A DNA stretch of 64,000 nucleotides, taken from the NCBI RefSeq assembly GCF_006345805.1, contig NC_043001.1:111848001-111912000 (forward strand), read 5' to 3'. The position numbers and the translations under genes are program-made. The stretch's first letter is position 1, and every line of letters starts with the position of its first letter. The DNA is from Octopus sinensis (taxonomy: Eukaryota). Below are positions 52,602 through 64,000 of this stretch, in pieces. Under the pieces are notes generated by a model. The model was not told where the DNA came from, did not search any database, and saw only the letters and a program-made list of their open reading frames with translations.

Positions 52602-53201
52602 TATATCTTAACTCGCTGACTCCGTGCCGTCAACGATGACGGCTAATTGTAGTATTTTATATATCAATAAGGTACAAAATAATTGCAGATACAAGCATTC
52701 ATATACTTCCCTTGTACATGCACACACATACATACATATACTCACACAGTGTTGAAACGCTGTTTGATTTTTCTTTTCAGTGTCCACCATCCCATTTCCA
52801 TTGCGCACGCACACTCACACTCACACACACACACAAGCATTCACATAACTCCCTTTTAAATGCACACACACATATACTCACACAGTGTTGAAACGCTGGG
52901 GTCGATTTAATAGAGTTGATCCGTTTATCTGTCCTTGTTTGTTCCCTCTGTGTTTAGCCCCTTGTGGGTAGTAAAGAAATAGATTTTCCACCCCTTCATT
53001 CGTTATTCATATGTTATGACGGAGAAAAACAGAAAACACACAACGCGCCATTTGCCACTTCCTCTCTCTCATTGCTATTACTTTCTCTCATTCTCTCTCA
53101 TTCAGGGTTATTACTCTCACTACTTCAGTGAATTACTATTTCCTCTCCTCCCCCTTCACTTATACTACTCTTTCTCCTACTCCGACTCCATGATTTTGGA
53201 C

Positions 53202-53261
<60 letters not shown>

Positions 53262-53478
53262 TATTTGACTGCTGCCATGCTGGAGCACCGCATTTAGTCG
53301 AGCAAATCGACCCTAGGATTATTCTTTGTATGCCTAGTACTTATTCTATCGGTCTCTTTTGTCAAAACTTAAGAAGCTATAATCTGCTACTTCCAGGATG
53401 TCAGTCTGTGCCAGATGCCGATGGCTAATGGTTTCATTCTTCATCCACAATAAGTAAACATCGCTATCGAATAAACCC

Positions 53479-53864
53479 TTTACTCTTTTACTTCTTTTTA
53501 GTTATTTGACTTCGGCCATGCTGGAGCATCGCCTTTAGTCGAATAAGGACTATTCTTTGTTAGCCTAGTACTTATTCTATCAATATCTTTTTGCCGAACT
53601 GCTAATGTTACAGGGACGTAAACACACCGGCGTCAGTTGTCAAGCGATGATGCGGGGACAGACGCAGGCACACAAACACACAAACACACACGCACACATA
53701 CGACAGGTTTCTTTCAGTTTCCGTCTACCAAACCGTCTCACAAGGCTCTTGTTGTCCCGAGGCTATAATAGAGGACACTTGCCCAAGTTGCCATGCAGTG
53801 GGACTGAACCCGGAGCCATGTGGTTCGTAAACAGGCTACTTGCCACACAGCCACTCCTGCACCT
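53479..53864 (-). mobile_element. SINE family A (an extra minus tail fragment lies at 53262-53363)
   Basis: Full head, body and tail. Confidence 0.85.
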
Positions 53865-54015
53865 TAACAGGGTGGAGAAGAAATATGTAATAAACACATG
53901 TATTAAACTGCAAAGACCTTCAGAAAGAGAGGAAGATACTCCAAATCGTAAGTAAACGTTAAGGAAAATTAAAAAAAAAAAGCTTTAAAACTGGAACCCG
54001 TCCTCACATTCAGGA

Positions 54016-54223
54016 AGGCGTAGGAGTGGCTGTGTGGTAAGTTCCGGGTTCAGTCCCACTGCGTGGCACCTTGGGCAAGTGTCTTCTACTATAGCCTCGG
54101 GCCGACCAAAGCCTTGTGAGTGGATTTCGTAGACAGAAACTGAAAGAAGCCCGTCGTATATATGTATATATATATATATATATATACATATATACGACGG
54201 GCTTCTTTCAGTTTCTGTCTACG

Positions 54224-54271
<48 letters not shown>

Positions 54272-54498
54272 GTGTGTGTAAATGTTTGTGCGTCTGTGTT
54301 TGTCTGTGTTTGTCCTCGAAACATCACTTGACAACCGATGCTGGTGTACGTCCCCGTAACTTAGCTGTTCGACAAAAGAGATCGATAGAATAGGGTACTA
54401 GGCTTACAAAGAATAAGTCCTGACGTCGATTTACTTGACTTAAAAGGCGGTGCTTCTGTATGGCCACAGTCAAATAACTGAAACAATTAAAAGAGTAA
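54016..54498 (+). mobile_element. SINE family A containing an internal perfect 104-bp palindrome (54124-54227)
   Basis: atttcgtagacagaaactgaaagaagcccgtcgtatatatgta...tacatatatacgacgggcttctttcagtttctgtctacgaaat. Confidence 0.9.
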
Positions 54499-55093
54499 GC
54501 TTAGCATATGACTTGCAAGGCATTATATTAAGTTTATTATAACTGTTTGAGATAAGTGGTTCAATTTTCTGCTGACAGTTGCCATCATTTTAAGCGATCT
54601 CCTGTTTATTTGTTCCTGTTATAATAAAATATTTTACGCTCTGTTTCATATATAATTTCTACATTTAATTCCAAGCACATGTTTTTCATTTCACTCTTAT
54701 CTGAATAATATGATTTGATCTTCATATTCATAATCGCTTTTCCGCATGAGTCATTAAATCAGTCTTCGATTAATATGACTGATGTCTCGTTAATTTGTTT
54801 ATACATTATAGCCAATGGCCAAACAATATAAATATTTGTAATACATACTTTGTATGGTATAAAGAACGATAAATTTTACGCAAAATGCTCCGGCGTTACA
54901 CATGTATCCAGCACTCTCTCCGCAGCTAGATTTCCTTTTTATTTTTTTACTATTTAAAATGTATCATTTTTCTTCTCCGTTAAATGAATTAAATACTTGT
55001 TGAGCACTGGAGTTGATTTAATTAACGATCTCAATCTTCCCAAAATTTCAAGCCTAGCTCCCATAGAAGAAAGGACCTATTTATTATTATTAT

Positions 55094-55648
55094 TGAGTGA
55101 GAGAGCAGTTCATGCCATCAAAGTGACACTGGGGTAAAATATACGAAGCCCAATATACCCATCATGACTACCCGTCTGATAAAGGTACACAAGGCACATG
55201 CATCACAACCATATGTGCGCCACATGGTGATCTCATATCAAGATAAACAGCACATGACCTTGCAGGTGGGGCCCAGTTAGAATTTTCTTCAGGTTGAGTA
55301 GCCCATCCCGCTCAAACGGTCCCTGAATAAGGGTTGTTTAAGGATGTTGAAAGAACCACCCATGTTTCCAGAGGTGAACTATTCAAACCCCAAAGAATCC
55401 CTCTCAACACATGGCTATGATGCTACCCCACTACTTCTGCTCGTGATCAGAGATGCACATATCGTCAGCCACTAAGGGACATGCTCAACTGGTTAAGGTC
55501 AAACAACTGACAAGCAAATCTGTGGTATTGAGCAGCATATTTCCTGTAGTCCATCTTTTATACCAAGACAAAACAATGTACATGATAACACTTCCAATCA
55601 GTCAAGATCAGAAGCCATGAGAGCCACTGCCTGGTACTGCATCAGGGC

Positions 55649-55652
<4 letters not shown>
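55094..55652 (-). mobile_element. ~560-bp non-coding element flanked by (ATT)n on both sides (copy 2)
   Basis: Reverse complement of 51064-51625; (TTA)n at about 55078-55093 and 55651-55691. Confidence 0.85.
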
Positions 55653-55692
<40 letters not shown>

Positions 55693-56264
55693 GTGCTTTG
55701 ATTTTTTTCTAAATTTCAACAATGTACGTACACACGCACGCACACACACACACGCACACACACACACCACACAAGCACACACAAATACACACACATAATA
55801 TAACCATATAGTATAGGACAATTAGTAAATTGTCATAATAGAATTTCAATAGAGTTTCAAATAGCGTCTATCTTTAAGAATAACCGATGAAAATGCGTCG
55901 AAGCTTTTATCTCCAGCATTGAAACTCCGAGTTCTATTATGACAACTTGGTGATTGTCCTATACTATACTACACATACATACATATACATATATATATAT
56001 ATATGTGCGTATATATACATATATATATTATATATATATATATACATATATATATAACTATATATATATATAACTAATGTAGGATAAAATATTTTCTTTT
56101 CGAGAAAAAAAATTATCAATGGCCAGCATATCGAAAAATACCTTTAACGGTTAAATTTATAATAATTTAAAAAATAAGGGCAAAAGAAATTCGGTAATAA
56201 CGGATTTTTTTAGAAATTTCTATCGGTTTGTTTCGAGACGCATAATTATAATGGTTATTTTGTA

Positions 56265-56303
<39 letters not shown>

Positions 56304-59300
56304 GTGTGTGTGTGTGTGTGTGTATGTGTGTATATTTTCATAGTATCGAAGTCTCGTTCTTTAGCTGTCATTTTATTACTACTAATTAATTAATATATAT
56401 ACATACATGATCACAGATTATAGTTCAATTCGGCTATCTTCATGATGCTGTTTACATGTCCATATATAGGAATTACAGATACGTATTTGCCTTCAGCTAT
56501 TTTATGTACAACATCATATATTATATTGTCTATTTGGATGGATTCCATGAATAGAAATGACGGCTACTCATGTTGCGTCTTAGAAACATTATCCAGCTTA
56601 ATTCCTGTTATTGGTATGAAGTCTTTAAACTCTATTCCAGAAAACTACATAATTTATGCGTTCCAGAATGAAGATTCTGTTATTAGAGTAAAGTCGATCA
56701 AATAGCCAAAAGCCACTCCACCAACGTCTTATTAAGAATTAAAGGTGGAGGTGACGAATTATTATTGGAAAGGATTTCCATTAATAAAATACAAAATATT
56801 CTAGGCATAATTATTTGCTTAAGTTGTACACTTCTCAGCCACATAGATGCGGTCTGGAAATTATTACATGTTACTTTGGCTATATGATTTCTTCTATACA
56901 TTGAGGAATATTCCATGATTCGTAACTGGTAGTTGTTTATTCAATAGGGAGCATTTTTGAGAGAATGCACCCACACCCACACACACTTATGATATATATA
57001 ACTGTGTGTATGTGTGTTAGTATAAAATGAATGTTTGTGCGTATGTTGAGTAAGTGCTATGAACAGACTATAGTTAAGCTCCAGGCTCGAAAGTGATGCG
57101 AATTAGGTGACCAATGCAGTTCATGTATTAGCATGCACATATATAAACAACTAACAGAATGAGATAAAAAATCAAAGGCTGTGAATAGTTTTCAGAACAC
57201 TTATAAACTATTCTCTAATTTTACAGGTTTGATAGTGAGGTAGATAGACACCACATGTAAATGGCCCCACGTTATCTTTTTTCTTTTCGTATTTTGTTAA
57301 ATATCTTCGAAATAAAGGAACATATTTTAAAATATAAAATGAACGTAAAAATATGAAGTACTCTACATAAACCGCGGAACAGTATAATAAGGTGGTATAA
57401 CTGTGAGATCACTCAAAAGAATAGTAGAAAAACCCAAATCAGAGACAATATAATCGCAAGATCTTTTTAGTACGATCAACATACACACAATAATTACATT
57501 GAAACATTCTGGAAGCTGTAGTATTAAAAAGAAAAATGCTTTACTAATTTGAATTGAACGGGAAACACAAATGATTTTGTATTGCTATGCGAGAAGTGGT
57601 ATGAATTGTTAATGAAATCAACGCTTCAAAACAAATATTTAAGCAGCTACAACTTGGATTTTCTGTGTGTGATTCTTTTGGTAGTGTTTTAATCGTACTT
57701 TCTATACAATAAAAAAACATAATGATGAACGTGGATCAAGCGATAAGAAAACAGCTAAAGAAATAGTTGAATAATTGATGTCTCATATTCTTAGAAGCAA
57801 ATATTTAAAGCTTTTTGAAGATATGTATACTGAATAAAAGTGCCAGGTGGGACAATCAGGAACATAGTAAATGGCTGGCGAATAGATAACATCTAAAGAT
57901 CGAAACATACTACTAACATTCAAATAGCACTTAAGATGACTTTGCCGTTTATCCTTCAGGAGCCGATAGTATAAGTCCCAGTTAAACACAGAGGTTGATG
58001 TAATCAGCTTACCAGCCTCCCTCAACATTGCTAGCCTTGTGCCAAGGCTTGAAAGCATAATTGTTAAGTGACTGTTTGTTAAAGTCATTAATAATTAATG
58101 GAGGTCTTAATCCGTGTACAATGAGAAGTTTGAACAAAATAGCCTCCAGGCCCATTGCCCTGGATATAAATCGTGGATTTTTCTTACAAAATCCGAAAAG
58201 TGCTTTTATGGAAACTGTCTTCCTAAATGTTTAATTCACACAAAAGAAGATACTGGCTTAACATAATAAATAATCTCCCATCACGTCTGCCATTTTGAAT
58301 AACCTCTCGCTAATGTTCTGTTATATTGCTCTAACACTTATCAAAATATGGGCTCAATGCATTAGTTTTTATTTTAAATAAAGCTGTATGAAAAATCACT
58401 GTAAATATGATGAATTATATGGAAGAAAACAAACTTATTGTTTGAGAATCATTGAAAAAACATTAATCTGTTTCAATGTGAAGAAATAATTCTTACAGCA
58501 GTTAATGAAATTATGCAAACCGCTTTAAATTCATGTTGAAGGCAATTTTGCCCAGATTAATTCTTGATGATTGTTATACTAAAACCAGAAGACATCTAAA
58601 CACAGACGAAATTATTAAGACCTGTTGAATAATAGTTAGATGAGGTGACTTAATTGTCGAAGAAATTGAGTTATTGTTTGTGCAACAAAATTTGAATGAA
58701 GATTTATTTGACTTGGGCAATATTGTCACAAATAACGATATTGCAAAACTTGTATGGCAAGAAAACTGAAAAAAAAATTTGAAAAGCGGCAAAATGGAAA
58801 TTAATTTTGATAGAAATAATCCCTATAGGGATGTAGTTTTAAATTTCTTAAAAAAATAAAGCATCGTATCTGAAGAAAAATTTCTTAAGTTAATATTACA
58901 AGTTTTATGAGACAAGCGGCTATGCTAAACATAGAAGAAGCGGGTGGTAAATAGGAGCGATGTTGCTGATGGAATCAAACTAACAAAGAACCGATTGAAT
59001 ACCAAACAATAAGACATTTTTTCAGTCTGGTCGAGCCGCTAGTTTGTGAGGCATAATTAAACAACTTTTAAAAATAAAACAGTTTTCAAAGCAGTATAAA
59101 CATAAACATGGACCATACTTGCTCATCCACACGCAAACACACATGTACACTCACAGATATATACACACATGAACATATGTCTGTGTGCATGTCTTTGTCT
59201 GTGCAGCTCGGTAAGTATGTGTTCCGGAGTAGGTTACGTGGGTGTACGTTTGTGTATGGAAATTTGTTATATGTCTGTGCTTTCCTTCTGTATCCAGTGG

Positions 59301-60360
59301 TAGAGACAATCCTTTGTAAACGCTACAGTTAGAAATTTTGCTAATTAATGAATGCTGGGTTTGAAATCTCCAAGCAAAATTTGTCTGACAAAAATGAAAG
59401 ATAATTCCAGAAATCAATGCATGAAATTAGCGATTTACTTAATGATGTTAACATCACATGTAAGATGTCAAACTGGAAGAATCGTTAGTGCGACGAACAA
59501 AATGCTTAGCGGTAGTTCGTTCTAGTTCAAATTCCGCCGAGGTCGACTTTATTTTTCATTCTTCGCGGTCGACACAATAAATACCAGTTGATAACTGCGT
59601 TCGATATAATCAAGTTATTGCCTGCTCTGAAATTGCTGTGTCAAAATTTGAAATCGATATTAACGGTAAATCTGCAATAAAATGAATTTAGCCGAAATCT
59701 GAAATATAGACACGATTCCATTCTGTAAGACTTAATGCTGAATAAAACGTGTTGAAATATAGCGATAACGAAATGGGTTAGTTTCAAAGAATGTGGATCA
59801 TTAGAGTAACATAGCTTCAGATGCAGTATATTTCAATAAACATTAAGATGACCATGCGAGAAACTCCAGTTAACATAGCTCTGTCCCACCAGGGCTGACC
59901 TGGAGATAATCATAAAGTGTAGAAAGTGCAGTAGATCGAGATTACTATATGATAATTTTGACAGTTCTCGAGTAACTATGCTGGAAATTTTGAACGAAGG
60001 TCAAATTTGAGAAACATTATTAAAATACCCATTCCTAAATAATTAATGGAATCTTTCAAATAATTAAAAGCAACGAATGAAAATTAAAAACATATGAAGA
60101 AAATGACTGAAGATTCAAAAGAATCAATATGTGGCTTCCTATAGTAGAAAATATATTAAGATGGCTAAATGGACCCGGAAGCAACTAGATTATGTAAATA
60201 TATAAATATATTCAGCATTCCGAATAATTATGTATAGAAACGGTAATTATTTAAAGAGACACATACAAGGAAGAGTATATTTACACGCATGTAAATGTAT
60301 GTGTATGTGTGACTGTCCATGTGTGTGCATGTGTGTGTGCGTGTGTGTTAAATATATAAT

Positions 60361-60442
<82 letters not shown>

Positions 60443-61298
60443 ATATGTATAGGGATACATATATATATGTACATATGTGTATGTATTATATTCATAGATG
60501 TATATCTCAAGGAATGTCCATTCGTATCTACATATACATACATATATAATGAGACAAAAAGAGCATATGTATACATCATACGTATAGTATATTTGGATGT
60601 ATAAACATATGTGGTTATATATAAAAAATATAGAACAAACGTGCAAACATGTATATACTTGTGCGCGCGTGTATACGTGTGTTTGCGTGTATGGCGTAAG
60701 TTTGTATATATATACGCACATTTATCCCGGCATACATACATGTATGTAGGCATGCATATTGTCTGCGTGTGGCCTATGTAGGAATGTGTATGTGCGCGCA
60801 TATATATATATATTATATATATATATATACGCACATACACATTCATACACATCGCCACACGCACGCAAATATGCGTGTATATATATAAACAAAATATATA
60901 CACGAGTATGTGCGCGTGTTTTTGTGTACGTGTATACGTAAATAGTTACAGAACATTTTTCCATAAGCTCAGGTGTGGCTTTTTGTTTAATTTAATATGA
61001 TTAATTATACACGAAATATAGTTGTACTATATATTTCCGTATGCAGAATCAGGCATCAATTTGATCGGCGACTCTGTATTATACTTATATTTATATATTA
61101 AGAGTATTAACGACGAAAAACCATTTGACTTAGAATTAGAAATTCAGATATTTACATTTTCAGTATAAATATGAAGTCAAATATGTAAATATTATAATTT
61201 AGGTATTCATATATACTTGTTTATATTTAATTTGGATTTTCTAATTTCAATATCTTTTATTCATGTTAATTTTACATGCAAACCACATCCACATCCAT

Positions 61299-61363
<65 letters not shown>

Positions 61364-61622
61364 TAGATAGATAGGCATATTTCTATCGGATGTACATATG
61401 TCTATTAGTATATGTGTGTGAGTTAATGTGTATGTTTGTGTGTGTGTATGTGTGTGTGTAGATAGATAGGTATATACATAAAAGCAATGATGCAGATAAA
61501 AACGTCGACTAATAGATTTTGTAGATTTATGCTATTTTATTCATATAAATATTCCATAAAGAAAACACACATACACACTCATATTCTGTAAAAAATCATA
61601 AATATTCTTAGCTACATACACA

Positions 61623-61653
<31 letters not shown>

Positions 61654-62837
61654 CAACTACGTATATATAATCTATGTACATTCATAAACATATTTATCCA
61701 CATATGCACACGCACTCACACACATATATATATATATTGTATAGATGGGTAGATCTGGTGAGAGAGTTAGATAAAAACATACACATATTGTACATTTATG
61801 TTCATTGGTATTCATATATTCCTTTAAAAAATAAAGAGGATTTGTGTTATGTATTCTTTTGTGTACGCATTTAATTGCCTCTAAAATTTTCTGTAGAATC
61901 CTCCATGACAGAAAATAAGTGTATAAATAAATAAAAAGCTATGAAATGGATCCGTTACATAGATATAGCTAAACTATTTTGAAAGTAACACTGGAAATTA
62001 CATAGTGTGTTAGCTGAATGGTAGTTACCAGCTAAAACATAAAACTTTAATATTCTATTCATTTCGTGAAATCGTGGTATAAAAATATATTCTGTTAAAA
62101 CCGGTATCTCGTAGGATGGTTATATATTTCTCTTGATAATATTATACATGTCTCATTTTCCGATATTCCAAAATGTTAAATTTATTATCTATTTTGTTAT
62201 TGATCTTAGACATAAATACAAAGTAAAACAGTGTGAAATATTTAAAATTCCAAATGAATGTTTAAAACTATGGTTCAGTTTAATATACATACATACATGT
62301 ATAACTTATTACATGTAGACACAAATGCATACTTCCACAGGCAAAAATATGTGAAAATTTATACACACACAAACTCAGGCACACATCGACACGGACACAG
62401 ACAGGCACACACACACACACATAGACACATATATCACACACATGGTTAGCATTTCAAATAATAATTAATACATTTTAAACATTTAACATATGAAAACCTG
62501 TTGAGTCATTTTGTCTTTTAGTTTGAAAACCGTTAGTGCGAGAAATTTTAATAAAAAAAAGCTTTAATTAATGACGTTACTATGTAAAACATTTAATACA
62601 CACACACAAACACACACACATATATGTAGATATACACTTCCAATATATATACATGTACATACATATATGCATATAAATATATATATATATATATATATAC
62701 ACACGTACATACACACACACTCACACACATATATTTGTATATATATATATATATACACACGTACATACACACACACACACACACACATATATGTAGATAT
62801 ACACTTCCAATATATATACATGTACATACATATATGC

Positions 62838-62877
<40 letters not shown>

Positions 62878-62917
62878 ATTTATATATATATATAATATAT
62901 ATATATACACACACACT

Positions 62918-62953
<36 letters not shown>

Positions 62954-64000
62954 TATGAATGTTTATTTATTGAAATGTAACTTGTTTCAACGACATATTA
63001 CTTGCAATTTAATGTTGAGAAAGATAAAAAATAAATAAATAAATGAAAGCTCACACATTTTTATATCCTGAGTTATTACAAAATCAATGCAGAACAAATT
63101 AAAATGTCTCGTAGGTGACAATGATTTTTAACTTTAATGGAGTCCAGATATTCTTCTCTAGAACCCATTTTTACTTTTACATTTATGTTTAGAAATGGTG
63201 TTGTGATAATAAATATCTCGAAGTAGGTTCGGATGTTAATGGTAACTTATAGTAATTTTACCCCCGAAAGTAGATAATTCTTGTATACATGAGGTTTCGA
63301 AATGTTAATTACAAAACAGGAAGAATGGACATTATTTTGCTATTTTGTATTCACCATTACGCTTGTTTTGTTTCATTTGCTAATAGGAATTACGAACTTT
63401 TACATGTTAGTTAGCCATGTGAGAAATTTCCTATTGGAAGGAATTTACCCTAAGTACGTACATAATATGCGTGTGTGTGTATGTATCTACCTATCTATTT
63501 ATTTGTGATATCTTTGAACTATATTAAAGCTTGAAATATCTTTTGACTCAATCTCGTATACAACTTTACGATCGGAATATTCATTGCCACTATTATATAT
63601 GTACGCATATCCTCCGCCATGCCTGGAAGTTTTCAGTTATAACACTGACGTGTAAATGCTGAGTGCTAACTCGACAGAAATCAGGCGCACTCTCGGGCTT
63701 ACTTTCAACTGTAAAAGTAATTTAAGTTAGATATTCATATAAATACTCTCTCATTCTTTTATTGTTGTTCAGCCAGAATCTAATGTAATCGGGTGTATTT
63801 GTGATCAAAGGGCGTCCCAGTCGTGGATATTCTAATTTAAATACAAGGATTACACAGCAAGGACCACATTGTTTTAATATCCTTCCTATTTCATCAGTTT
63901 GAAGATTTGGTCGATATTTCCAACAGATCAGAAGGGCTCCATTACTGTCTGGCAAAAATCTCTTCCATATTAAAGACAGCAAACACTTAATCGATAAAGC

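Noticed and set aside
56442-56916. 87-aa and 72-aa ORFs
   Set aside because: No recognisable motif, non-ATG or weak context, and within chance expectation.

Overview
AT-rich, microsatellite-saturated eukaryotic DNA. The SINE types and (TA)n/(TATG)n density point to an octopod cephalopod (inference). I could not identify any host protein-coding gene; most long ORFs in the track are microsatellite translations. The window reads as intronic or intergenic DNA filled with decayed mobile elements: RTE, L1/Tx1 and R4/Dong-like LINE fragments, Penelope-like elements (PLEs), mariner and maT DNA transposons, a Helentron-type non-autonomous element, and about 35 tRNA-derived SINE copies or fragments in four families (labelled A-D here). 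The most interesting signals are: (1) three hammerhead-ribozyme motifs folded by hand, one inside a 560-bp unit with a 123-bp terminal redundancy that looks like a retrozyme or circular-RNA-derived insertion; (2) a 560-bp non-coding element that sits in (TAA)n tracts next to R4/Dong-like LINE remnants; (3) modular, dimeric and tandem SINE structures; (4) a perfect 104-bp palindrome inside an inverted SINE pair; (5) one strong minus-strand splice acceptor at 46186. All folds and alignments were done by eye and need computational confirmation.
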